Below are positions 10,287-19,365 of a DNA stretch of 56,593 nucleotides, one piece after another. Position 1 is the first letter of the stretch. Each line of letters opens with the position of its first letter. The position numbers and the translations under genes are program-made. The stretch spans positions 28,111 through 84,703 of the forward strand of contig PXRY01000100.1 of the NCBI GenBank assembly GCA_003022925.1, in the 5' to 3' direction. The notes under the pieces are model-generated. The model was not told where the DNA came from and searched no databases. It was given only the letters and a program-made list of their open reading frames with translations. Source of the stretch: Halobacteriales archaeon QS_8_65_32. GTDB taxonomy: Archaea > Halobacteriota > Halobacteria > Halobacteriales > Halococcaceae.

Positions 10287-10937
10287 TCAGTCGCTCGCGT
10301 GGCGATCGGCGCGCGAGGGCGGCGGGACCTCGCGCCGGTCGCCGTCGAAGGGAGCCGGCGGGAGATGGGGCTTTTCGGTACCGTCGTCCTCGGCGTTCGT
10401 GTCGCCGTGGCCATTGATGTGGCGATACCGTCCGGGCGCGTTCGCGAGCGGGTGGGCGGGATTCTCGCCGCTCGCGATCCGGGCAGCACGCAACTCGGCG
10501 AACCCGTTGATCCGCGCACGAATGCCCCGCCAGTGAAAGCGCGAGCCGCTGGGGATCGAGGGAGCGTGGCCGGGCCAGTCGGGCTGGCGTGCCCGAAGCG
10601 TCGCGGTGTTGACGTTCGCCGCCAGGTCGTCGTGGTCGACAAGCACGCCGACGCGGGTGTCCGCGGAGGCGCGGGCAGCGAGGACGTCGAGACCCAAGTG
10701 CAGTGCTCGATACTCCGCGACGTTGTTGTCCGGCGCGCGATCGGGGATCGAAAGCCGGCCGACGCGCTCGCCCCCAGCCGTCTCGATCACGACGCCCAAT
10801 CCGCCACCGGACTCGCGGAAGGACCCGTCGGTCGCGAGGTAGTATTGGCGACGATGGGTGCGCGGTGGGTGGGCGATGTGGGGCGTCGGCGAGTCGTCGA
10901 ACAGGTTGCGGAGGGGTTGACGGCCATACGCGGCCAT
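10287..10937 (-). CDS. Ribonuclease HI-like protein (haloarchaeal family)
   Basis: YLATDGS..GGGLGVVI, DNNVAEYRALHLGL, VLVDHD, ENPAHPLA. Confidence 0.75.
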   Translation of the reverse strand: MAAYGRQPLRNLFDDSPTPHIAHPPRTHRRQYYLATDGSFRESGGGLGVVIETAGGERVGRLSIPDRAPDNNVAEYRALHLGLDVLAARASADTRVGVLVDHDDLAANVNTATLRARQPDWPGHAPSIPSGSRFHWRGIRARINGFAELRAARIASGENPAHPLANAPGRYRHINGHGDTNAEDDGTEKPHLPPAPFDGDRREVPPPSRADRHASD

Positions 10938-11014
10938 GTCACTGATTGTCCCGGGTCGTATTTAACTCTCGGGGATCGAAGGAAAATGGAGGGGAGACCG
11001 GCCCGCAGGTCGGC

Positions 11015-11464
11015 GGTTATTCCGCCCGAGGACGTCCGAATCTCACAGAGGGCTTACCGCGAGGTGCGAGCGACCGTGAGCGCCCCGAATCGGGGGATTT
11101 GAACGCCGATCGGGTTCGGGACCTCGCCGCCGGGAGCGGGGCGACGGACGGATCGGAAGCGGGCGGAGAACAGGCCGGCGAGGGGGCCTCGACCGACGAG
11201 GCCGTCTCCCGACTGCGCGAGGGGTTCTTCACGACCGATCTCGACGGCGAGAACTGCACGGTCGTGACGCGGGCGTTGGAAACGCTCGTCAAGGACGACC
11301 GAGCGGAGGCGATCGAGATTCTCGAGGATCGATTCGAGAGCGTCTGTGAGCGCCAGCGACCGGTCCTCGGCGGCGGCCCTCACCCGGCTGCGTGTCACCT
11401 CTACGATCAGCCGGTAGAGGGCCCGAACACGAACGCCGCCGAAAGTACCGCCGACGACGACTGA
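11015..11464 (+). pseudogene. 3' remnant of an oligopeptide ABC transporter ATP-binding protein
   Basis: VIPPEDVRISQRAYREV, then a frameshift to ...RFESVCERQRP...HPAACHLY (Opp/Dpp C-terminal motif); no Walker motifs upstream. Confidence 0.6.
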
Positions 11465-11495
11465 CGAGGGCCGAACGCGATCGGCCGACGAGGCC

Positions 11496-11906
11496 TCACG
11501 CACTCCGGTGGGGGTGACCGATCAACAGGGAGACGGCGTTGAGCGAGAGCAACGCGAGCAGCGCGAGTCCCTCCGCACGGGTCTCGACGCCGACGACTAA
11601 CAATGGCATGTACAGAAAGGGGAGCGTAACCGCGATCCAGAAACAGACCGCGCGGATCGCCGTCGTGAGCCGGTTGTCGCGGTACTGGGCCGTCAGCGAG
11701 AGCGAACCGCGCCGATCGCCGGCGGCTCCGATGGTACCGAGCCGTCCGCCGAACCCCGCCCCCGTTCCCGTCCCCGTCTCCATCTCCTTGCGGTCGTGAC
11801 CGTCGGCCGATCGGCCGCCGTCGGGGGCCGCGTCGGTCGAACCCGACGGCCGACTCGCGGGTTCGGTCCCCGCCCGCTCGTCGGCGCTTCGTGCCCCGTC
11901 AGACAT
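11496..11906 (-). CDS. Hypothetical membrane protein (2 TM)
   Basis: FWIAVTLPFLYMPLL...LNAVSLLIGHPH, typical of a small haloarchaeal membrane protein family. Confidence 0.7.
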   Translation of the reverse strand: MSDGARSADERAGTEPASRPSGSTDAAPDGGRSADGHDRKEMETGTGTGAGFGGRLGTIGAAGDRRGSLSLTAQYRDNRLTTAIRAVCFWIAVTLPFLYMPLLVVGVETRAEGLALLALLSLNAVSLLIGHPHRSA

Positions 11907-12015
11907 TCTTTTCGGCTATGTGTCTATCTGCAATAAAACTACTGCCGATCGATCGTCGCTGTAGAGGCGGCTGCGATCGGTCAAGGCGAGGGCAGGGAAC
12001 CGCAGCGCGTTCACC

Positions 12016-12324
12016 TCAGCGATCGTGGGCCATATCGCCATTGTCGGCCTCGTCCGCTCCGTCGAGTGCATCGCGGAGTTCGCTCCGGGTTTCGGGATCG
12101 AGATCGGCCGCGAGGTCGGCGGTGAAGGGGCTTTCCGCGAGCGTGGTTAGGGCGCGTCCGGTCTTCTCGCGGATACGGTCGATCGCCTTTGCGACGCTCT
12201 CGTCGGAGGTGTCGCGGGCGTCAGCGATCTCCGCGGTCGTTCGGCCCTCACCGAGTCGGTTCGCGACGTCGCGTTCGCCGCGGCTGAGGATCGAGGCGGT
12301 GTCGTGATCGGGTCGGTCGGTCAT
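12016..12324 (-). CDS. Small HTH (LuxR/sigma-like) protein
   Basis: LSRGERDVANRLGEGRTTAEIADARDTSDESVAKAIDRIREK. Confidence 0.75.
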   Translation of the reverse strand: MTDRPDHDTASILSRGERDVANRLGEGRTTAEIADARDTSDESVAKAIDRIREKTGRALTTLAESPFTADLAADLDPETRSELRDALDGADEADNGDMAHDR

Positions 12325-12436
12325 GGTCGTTGTCGGGGGTGAGGCGCTATGGGCGTGGTGGTCCGGTCGGCCGGCGACCGGCTGTCATGGAGCGCGGAAC
12401 CGCCGGAATCGAACGCCCGCACCGCAACTCGGCCGT

Positions 12437-12895
12437 TCATCCGAGCGCAAGCACCCGTACCTGGTGGGAGCCTCGGAGGCCGTCGAGTTCAGTCGTCGCG
12501 ACGATGGCGTCACCTGCGGCCTCACGCCAGGCGGCCACCCGGTCGGTGTGGCGCGCGTGGTGGCGATCGATCGAGTACGCGACATCGGGGTCGGCCCGGA
12601 GGCGTTCTTCGGTGTCGACCGCCTCGGGATAGGCCGGCATGGCGTCGCCGTCGAACAGAACCGCCGGATCGAGATGCAGCGGTCGTGGCGCGTCCTCGTA
12701 CTCGTCGGTACCGTACTCGTCGGTGCCTTCAACCTCGACGTGCAGGCGCGCGCGCATCCGGCCGGCAAAGGGCGGCGTTACCCGCAACACCGCACGGGGG
12801 CCGGGCGTCCGGTTGGTCTCGTAGGCAGAAACCACGTCGTCACGGCGAACCGCGATCGAGCGGACGTCGCGGTAGTCGCTCGACTCTGCGACCAT
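12437..12895 (-). CDS. Conserved haloarchaeal hypothetical protein
   Basis: Acidic ORF with RSIAVRRDDVV.AYE and VLRVTPPFAGRMRARLH. Confidence 0.7.
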   Translation of the reverse strand: MVAESSDYRDVRSIAVRRDDVVSAYETNRTPGPRAVLRVTPPFAGRMRARLHVEVEGTDEYGTDEYEDAPRPLHLDPAVLFDGDAMPAYPEAVDTEERLRADPDVAYSIDRHHARHTDRVAAWREAAGDAIVATTELDGLRGSHQVRVLALG

Positions 12896-13085
12896 GACGC
12901 GCCGTACGCCCCCAACGGTCCTAAGGATACCGTCGGGCGTCGACCTGCCCGCTCGTTCGTTGGTTCGTTGGGTCCTCGCTCGCGTGCTATCGACGCGTCC
13001 CGTCGTCTCAGTGTCGTGTTTAATCCGCCGGTAAAGGCTGTTAGTAAACGAGTACTTACACGCACGCTACGTGTCTGATCGGAGG

Positions 13086-13361
13086 ATGGAGGCCGACATC
13101 TGGTACGTGCTCGCGGGAACGCGTGGCGGTACGAACCGGGTGCGGGTGGTCGAATTGCTCGTCGAGGAGCCGCGAAACGCGAACCGGATCGCGGAGGTCC
13201 TCGACCTCGATTACAAGACGGTACGCCACCACCTGGACGTGCTTTGCGAACACGAGGTCGTCGAACGCGCGGACGACGACTACGGCGCGCAGTACCGATT
13301 GACCGACGAAGCCCTCGAACACCGCTCGACGATCGACGCCGTGATCGAGACGGTCGGCTGA
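13086..13361 (+). CDS. Winged-helix (ArsR-like) regulator
   Basis: WYVLAGTRGG.NR..PRNAN.IA..LDLDYKTVRHHLDVL; GGAGG immediately before the ATG. Confidence 0.85.
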   Translation: MEADIWYVLAGTRGGTNRVRVVELLVEEPRNANRIAEVLDLDYKTVRHHLDVLCEHEVVERADDDYGAQYRLTDEALEHRSTIDAVIETVG

Positions 13362-13370
13362 AGGGCGAGC

Positions 13371-13514
13371 GAAACGCTGACGTAGCATCCGCGAGCGAGC
13401 GGTTCCCCGTGACTGAGCGACCGAAGGGAGCGAAGGAACGGACTTTTTGGTGCAGATTTTTGGAGGAGAGGTGCGCGAACGCAGTGAGCGCACCCGACGA
13501 CAAAAAGGTGCGCG
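13371..13514. repeat. Dispersed repeat family F, copy F2
   Basis: GCATCCGCGAGCGAGCGGTTCCCCGTGACTGAGCGA...CTTTTTGGTGCAGATTTTTG...CAAAAAGGTGCG between convergent genes. Confidence 0.7.
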
Positions 13515-13516
13515 TT

Positions 13517-14236
13517 CTAGAAGGCCCCGAGGCTCGTCTGGCGGTCACGGTCCGCTTCGGTCTCGGTAGCGATGGCGAAGCCCACTAACGCACGCAGGTC
13601 CGTCGCGTAGACGGTGCCGCCCCTTCGGAGTACCAATACCCTGCCCTTCGTCCCGAGAACGGTGCCCGTCGCGACGGTTTCGGCGACCGGACGGTCGGCG
13701 AGCGAGAGGCCGTAATCGAACGCGAAGGTCTCGATCGGCGGGTACTCGTCGAGCAGTGCTCGCCAGGCCTCGCGATCGACCGCCGCGGCCAACCCGTCGA
13801 TCTTCGCGTCGACGCGCACGGCCTCGGGCATCCCGGCGGCGATCTCGCGTTCTACGTTGCGGGCGATCGGCCCCGAGGAGACGGTATGGATGTGAGCGGC
13901 CAGGTCCGCGCCCTGTTCGCGAAGCCGGGTGTCGAGCCGCCACGAGCGGGTGATGCCGACTTTGAACGAGTCCGGCGCAAAGGCCGCCAAGTAGACGGCG
14001 TACTCCTCGTCGGCGTAGCTGGGGGCCCAGTCGCGGGCGTGGCGATCGCAGTACGGCGCTTTCGGTCGGTCACAGGGGTAGTGCGTCCCGTCGTCGACGA
14101 GACCGGCACAGCGGCGTCCGCCGAGCGGGTAGGCGAGTTCGGTTCCCGACTCTAAGGGGACGCGCTCGACGTTTCCCTCGGCGGCGAGCACGAGAGCCGG
14201 ATCGTCGGGTCCGGTGCGGTAGCCGGCGATCTGCAC
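13517..14236 (-). CDS. DUF2797 domain protein
   Basis: RCAG...C....PYC, YAVYLAAFAP..FKVGITRSWRL.TRLREQGA, GTKGRVL; GTG start at 14236. Confidence 0.8.
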   Translation of the reverse strand: MQIAGYRTGPDDPALVLAAEGNVERVPLESGTELAYPLGGRRCAGLVDDGTHYPCDRPKAPYCDRHARDWAPSYADEEYAVYLAAFAPDSFKVGITRSWRLDTRLREQGADLAAHIHTVSSGPIARNVEREIAAGMPEAVRVDAKIDGLAAAVDREAWRALLDEYPPIETFAFDYGLSLADRPVAETVATGTVLGTKGRVLVLRRGGTVYATDLRALVGFAIATETEADRDRQTSLGAF

Positions 14237-14410
14237 GCCTGCCGTACGACCGGCCCGATCAAAGGTGTGACGCCGGCGGCCAGCGAACTCCGCCGGATTG
14301 CCGTCGGACGAGCGAGCGGTCGGCGACCGAACGGAAGTCACGTGCCGACGACGAGCGACCGGCCGGTCGGCGGGCGTCGGTTTTTGCCTTCGGAGTCCGT
14401 CCTGTCGGCC

Positions 14411-14827
14411 ATGACGCTTCACGGCGACGTCGCGGCGACGACTCGAACGGACGGCGTACGTTTCGTCTTCGAGGTCACGAACGACGGGACGGCCGTCGAG
14501 GACATCATATTCCGGGACGCCGGGAAGGCCGACTTCGTTGTCGAACCCGAACAGGGGGACGGGGCCGGTCGTGACGGCGAAGACGGGAACGAGAGCAGCG
14601 GCGGGACTGAAGGCGAGAACGAAAGCGGCCGCACGCAGCAGTGGCGCTGGAGCGAGGGGCGGATGTTCGCCCAGGTGATCGAAACCGAGCGCCTCGATCC
14701 GGGCGAGTCAGCGACCTACGAGGGCGAGTGGTGCGCGCCCGATCCGGGAACCTACGTCGTCCGGGCGACGCTTCGCGCACACGATCACGACGCCGACGCC
14801 GAGTGTGCGTTCACGGTCGAGGAGTGA
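14411..14827 (+). CDS. BsuPI-related putative proteinase inhibitor
   Basis: FEVTNDG...ADFVV...WRWSEGRMFAQV...LDPGES..Y...W..P.PGTY. Confidence 0.8.
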   Translation: MTLHGDVAATTRTDGVRFVFEVTNDGTAVEDIIFRDAGKADFVVEPEQGDGAGRDGEDGNESSGGTEGENESGRTQQWRWSEGRMFAQVIETERLDPGESATYEGEWCAPDPGTYVVRATLRAHDHDADAECAFTVEE

Positions 14828-14912
14828 GAGCGAACGGCCGAGCCGACGGTGCGACTCGCGGTGAACGGGTCCGAGCGGATCGGCCGCCGATCGACGAACG
14901 ACGAGCCGGGGG

Positions 14913-15671
14913 TCAGTCGCCGGCGTAGGCCTGTTCGAACGGGCGCGGGGGCAGTCGGAGTTCGTCGAGCCCCGGGAGGTGCTTGACGTTATAGATGACT
15001 TTCATCTCGTCGGTGGTCGGGATACCATTGCACGACAGTCGAATGCCGGCGTCGACCATACTGGACGGGAGGATGTTGTTGACGGGCATTTCGAGGTCGC
15101 CTTCGACGACCGCGATTGCACAGTTCGCACACGCCCCGCCCCGACAGGCATAGGGCCAGGCGAACCCGCGGTTCTCGGCGGCTTCGAGCAACGACTCGCC
15201 GGGGCGGACGAGAAATCGGCCGTAGTCCATCGGGTCGAGGTCGGCGCTCGCGGCCTTCGCGAAGAGGTCCTCGTCGCCGAGGTCCCACCCGTGGTCGTCG
15301 AGCACCTCGTAGTCCAAGTACTCGACGCGGGACGTCACCGCCTCCGTGTTGTCATCCTCGTCTTCGGTCCCGGCCTCGGTTTCGGTTCCGGTCGTCGCGG
15401 TCGTCTCGTCGCTGCTGGCCCCATCGGCGTCGCCGTTGGCGTCGGTGTCGGTGTCGGCGTCGGCGTTGTGGCCGTTCCGGTCTCGGTTCTCGCTCCCGTA
15501 GCCGGCTTTGATCTCCTCGTAGGCCGTTCTGACGAGCAGGAACTCCTCGGCCGACCCGCCACGGTCGGGATGGGTCCCTTTCGCGCGCTCGCGGTACGCC
15601 TGCCGTATTTCCTCTTCGTTCGCGTCGGGGTCGATCCGCAACACGTCGAACGGGGAATCCACTATGGACAC
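14913..15671 (-). CDS. J-domain-[2Fe-2S] ferredoxin fusion
   Basis: N-terminal J domain with HPD (THPDRGG), acidic linker, then a haloarchaeal ferredoxin (WPYACRGGACANC...RLSC). Confidence 0.88.
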   Translation of the reverse strand: MSIVDSPFDVLRIDPDANEEEIRQAYRERAKGTHPDRGGSAEEFLLVRTAYEEIKAGYGSENRDRNGHNADADTDTDANGDADGASSDETTATTGTETEAGTEDEDDNTEAVTSRVEYLDYEVLDDHGWDLGDEDLFAKAASADLDPMDYGRFLVRPGESLLEAAENRGFAWPYACRGGACANCAIAVVEGDLEMPVNNILPSSMVDAGIRLSCNGIPTTDEMKVIYNVKHLPGLDELRLPPRPFEQAYAGD

Positions 15672-15899
15672 GTAGCGGAGCCGAACGCAAAAGCGTTCCC
15701 GATCGGGAAGATATGCGCGAGGGCACTGCGTTGTACGACCTGATTTCCGGCGAGCGATAGCGGTCCCACGCGTCGATCAAGCGACTCGTCGGATGGATTA
15801 GCGGGTCAGGCAGACCTCGGTTCGAGTTAGCGTCGGTGCAAGTCGGGTTCGCTCCGAGCGAGTTCGGGTCGAGAATCGTGACGTCGGCAAAAAACGTCG

Positions 15900-15932
15900 C
15901 TATCGTCGTCCAGCGACGAGTTCGCGTGCCGC
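15900..15932 (-). repeat. Displaced duplicate of the epimerase 3' end (AARELVAGRR*)
   Basis: GCG GCA CGC GAA CTC GTC GCT GGA CGA CGA TAG, versus GCG GCT CGG GAA CTG GTT GCC GAG CGT CGG TAA at 17096-17128. Confidence 0.75.
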
Positions 15933-15946
15933 CATAGCGGAAGAGC

Positions 15947-16408
15947 TCAGATACGACCGGAGAGGTGTTCGACAAGCCGTTCGCGGATCTCCCAGAGTAT
16001 ACCTGGTGGCTGATCGTAATCGAACTCGATCGGTTCGTATCGGTAGTCCTCGTCCGGGTTGCCGCGCCACTGAAAGTGGTCCAATGCTTCAACGTAATCG
16101 TTCTCCTGTCGATGCCATCCACAGTCGTAGCCAGCACAGTCCCGGTAGTGGAATTTGAACTGATCGGGGCTGTCGGGGTGTATCCACCAGTTTACATACA
16201 GAGCAGCTTTATCGACCCCCAGCTTATCGCTTAGAAACACGTCGCAGTCGAAGTCCGCGCGAAGCTGTTGATCGATTCCAGTCCTCGTATCGACATATCG
16301 CACCGTGTCGGCTTCCGGAAACTGCTGCAGGTTCGATCGGAGTCGGGAGAGAACGTGGCTTCTGCGGCCGCCATTCAGATGCTTATCCGAGCGGGGGTCG
16401 GGGGTCAT
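15947..16408 (-). CDS. Hypothetical protein, partner of the upstream HTH gene (possible TA toxin)
   Basis: FKFHYRD..GYDCGWHRQENDY....DHFQ motif; lower-GC codon usage; 15 bp downstream of the HTH gene. Confidence 0.7.
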   Translation of the reverse strand: MTPDPRSDKHLNGGRRSHVLSRLRSNLQQFPEADTVRYVDTRTGIDQQLRADFDCDVFLSDKLGVDKAALYVNWWIHPDSPDQFKFHYRDCAGYDCGWHRQENDYVEALDHFQWRGNPDEDYRYEPIEFDYDQPPGILWEIRERLVEHLSGRI

Positions 16409-16423
16409 AATCCTAATGATCCT

Positions 16424-16994
16424 TCACGCCGGCGTCGAGGTGCCAGCACTACTGTGCTCCTCGTAATGCTCGTATGCTTGTTTAACGAGCGAGAGGTCGT
16501 GTCGCACTGTTTCCCACTCCGATGCGGCCTGTCTGAGTTCGGTCATTTCTTCGGAATCGGCTTCATCACTAACGGCTCGAAATCGGAGATCGTCCGGCGT
16601 CTCGACGTCGTACTGCTCCTTGACGCTCTTGTCGCGTTCTTTCATCTCCTGCGACAAGTCTAAAAAGCTCGTCTCTGCTGTATTCCTCAGTCATTCTCGC
16701 AATAGCACGAAACCGAAGATAGCCTGCGTCCGGATAGTATTTGGTCACTCCTCGCGCAGTAGTCGATCCGACGATGCTGAGTTCCTGAAGTAAGGAGAGG
16801 TGATCCCGTGCAGTTTGTTCTGCGACTCCTGCCTCCTCTGCGATCGCCTTTGCCGTCTTGGACTGATTGATGGTGAGCGCCACCGAAATAACTCGCTCAA
16901 TAGCCTTCGTTCTCTGCTTCCAAGCGTCACTTCCCTTTTTTGTTTCGTCCGAAGCCTGTTCGACTGGTTCGGTCACTCGCGGTCCATCCGGCAT
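16424..16994 (-). pseudogene. Winged-helix protein (antitoxin-like), frameshifted in a T5 run
   Basis: HTH TAKAIAEEAGVAEQTARDHLSLL; removing one base from the A5 at 16662-16666 gives ...YSRDELLDLSQEMKERD... Confidence 0.75.
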
Positions 16995-17095
16995 AGTACA
17001 TCTAACAATTTGATCTCTGAGCTAATAATGTTATGACCGAGTATCGGGCAGCATCGATTCAACTGAGACGGCGCGAGCTACGGAGGAGGAGACCA

Positions 17096-18031
17096 TTACC
17101 GACGCTCGGCAACCAGTTCCCGAGCCGCCCGACGAACGGCGTCGTCACTCGAGTGTTCAGGAGTCCAGCCGAGCGCGGCGAGTTTCTCGATCGAGAGGCG
17201 CATCCGGGGGACGTCGCCGGTCCATCCACGGTCGCCGCCAGTATATGTATAGTCGGGATCCGCACCTATCTCGTCGGCGACGATGTCGGCGATGGTGTCC
17301 ACCGATGTCGTCGTTTCGGTGCCGAGGTTATAGGTGTGGACCGGGCCGCCGGCCGCGTTCTCGACGACGTGGCACATCGCGTCGACACACTCCGAGACGT
17401 GCATGTAGGACTTCTCCTGGCGGCCATCGCCCAGGATTTCGAGCGTTTCGGGGTTCGCGTCGAGTTTCTCGACGAAATCGGGGACCACCCCCGCGCCGAA
17501 CCGCGAGCCGACGATGTTCGCGAAACGGAAGACCCATACCGTGAAATCGTGCGAGTGGGCGTACACCGAGAGCAGCGCTTCTTCCGCGAGTTTCGCCGCC
17601 CCGTAGATACTGATGGGTTCGAGCGGCGCGAAGTCCTCGGGGGTCGGCCGAGGCGCTTCGCCGTACACCGTCGAGGAGGACGTGAAAACCAGGTTCCGGA
17701 CGCCGACATCGGCCATCCGTTCGACGAGAGTGTGGGTGAGGTCGTGGTTCGCCTCGAACTGGCGGCGGGGTTCCTCGGAGTTGACGTACTTGTCGGCGGC
17801 CGCGAGGTGACAGACCGCATCGAGGTCGGCGGTGACGACGCTCTCGACGAACGCAGCGTCGGTGAGGTCGCCCTCGGCGAACTCGACCGATGCGGGGACC
17901 TCCTCGCGGTCGCTGTTCGAGAGATCGTCGGCGACGATCACGTCGTTGTCACGGGCGAGACGCGTCGCGAGACGCGAGCCGATGAGTCCCGCGCCGCCGG
18001 TGACGAGCACGCGCTTTCCGGCGAGTTGCAT
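17096..18031 (-). CDS. NAD-dependent epimerase/dehydratase (extended SDR)
   Basis: VLVTGGAGLIGS, FTSSSTVYG, YGAAK catalytic motif. Confidence 0.93.
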   Translation of the reverse strand: MQLAGKRVLVTGGAGLIGSRLATRLARDNDVIVADDLSNSDREEVPASVEFAEGDLTDAAFVESVVTADLDAVCHLAAADKYVNSEEPRRQFEANHDLTHTLVERMADVGVRNLVFTSSSTVYGEAPRPTPEDFAPLEPISIYGAAKLAEEALLSVYAHSHDFTVWVFRFANIVGSRFGAGVVPDFVEKLDANPETLEILGDGRQEKSYMHVSECVDAMCHVVENAAGGPVHTYNLGTETTTSVDTIADIVADEIGADPDYTYTGGDRGWTGDVPRMRLSIEKLAALGWTPEHSSDDAVRRAARELVAERR

Positions 18032-18341
18032 ACCTGCCCGCTCGCTCGCTTGAGTATGGTTCTTCTGATCGCTCGTCGTGTCACACCGTCGTGCCGGGAA
18101 CCGGCCGTCGTCGATACCCCGACCCGAGAACCGTCAGGTGGAGCGTCGGCGACCGCGGCGAGATCGGAAAGCGACGGCGACGACGAGCGGGGACGGCGAT
18201 AGCGCCGAGGCAGCGACAACCGGTGACGGCAGTGAATACCGGCGACGCTCGTCGCTGCCGCCGGTGATACTAAACAACGACGGCAGCCGACCGACGCCGC
18301 GCGACACAAACGCTTTGCTGGGGTGCGCTGAAACGACGACG

Positions 18342-18554
18342 ATGGATCGGGTCACGTACTCGGCCGTCGGGTACGCGCTGTTGTTCGCCGTCCCGCCGGG
18401 CGTCGGTGCCGGAGTGTTCATCGCTCGAATCCAGGGCGGTTCGCTCGCGCTCGGCGTTGGGTTCGGAGTCTGTCTCTCGCTCGGAGTCTTCCTGTTAGTA
18501 CTGTACGGCGCGAGTTTCGGAACGACCGACATCGATCGAAACGAAGGCCGATAG
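18342..18554 (+). CDS. Small membrane protein (2 TM)
   Basis: MDRVTYSAVGYALLFAVPPGVGAGVF...GVFLLVLYG. Confidence 0.6.
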   Translation: MDRVTYSAVGYALLFAVPPGVGAGVFIARIQGGSLALGVGFGVCLSLGVFLLVLYGASFGTTDIDRNEGR

Positions 18555-19018
18555 CGACGGCGGCCGGTCCGAGAGGAACAGCGACGGGGGACGACGAGAA
18601 CGGCGACCGCAGTCGGTCCCTTCATCGGCAGGCCGGTCGTTCCTTCCGGTCCGACATGTTCGGTTTCCCGGCGGCAGGGATCGCGTTCACCTTCGAGACC
18701 CGCGCGATAGCCCACCGCCACTTCTCTCTCGGATCGCCTCACGTCGAGCGCCCGGCGTAGCACTCTATTACCGCCTGCGTGTCGGTTGCACACGGACGAC
18801 AGACGGTCGCGCCGTGACCCGGCGTCGCCGTCGTGACCGCGATCCCACCTCGATCCGACGCTGCGTTCGGGGTGCTGGCGTCGGACAGCACCGACGCCTT
18901 GCGCTTTTGTTCCGTTCCACGCGCTCATCGGGGCCGGACGACGGTTCGTCGGAACCGGGCGACGCGGCTCACGAAGGTCGGTGTGATGAGGGGTTCGCCA
19001 TCGACGAGGGGAAGAATT

Positions 19019-19180
19019 AAAAAAGGGGGTGCACGGGCACCCATAGCGGCTATACCCGCATGTCGAGTGATGTATCCTGCGGCCCGGGCCTGCTCGACCT
19101 ATCACCTTTCGAACGGGCCGTGTGGCCCGCTACCCCGCCCGGCGCACGCCATCACCACCACCACCGCCCGCCGGGCGGTT
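19019..19180 (-). ncRNA. Candidate structured non-coding RNA ending in a U6 tract
   Basis: Closing helix GGGGT(A)GCGGGC/GCCCGT(GC)ACCCC followed by TTTTTT, internal helices, no credible ORF; family not recognised. Confidence 0.4.
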
Positions 19181-19365
19181 GGGCTTCTCAGCGTGTCGGA
19201 GTTCTCCCGTCCCGCCGACCGCGCCGTGAGTGAGGGAACCGTACCACCGTACGTATCGATCCGTCGTTCGCTTGTGGCAACATGCTCGTCTCCAGTCACG
19301 TTTCGCTTGCCGCCGCCGGTTCGCGCACCGAGTCGCTCAAAGGCGTCCTCGTTCGAGCACGTAGC

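Noticed and set aside
19141..19156. Fluoride riboswitch-like GGTGATGGCGTGCGCC on the minus strand
   Set aside because: P1 is mismatched, the 3' pseudoknot partner is absent, and no fluoride-related gene follows
19019..19240. RNase P, SRP or 5S RNA
   Set aside because: Lacks the GAGGAAAGTCC and helix-8 CAGG..GGAA..AGCAG signatures and any 5S similarity
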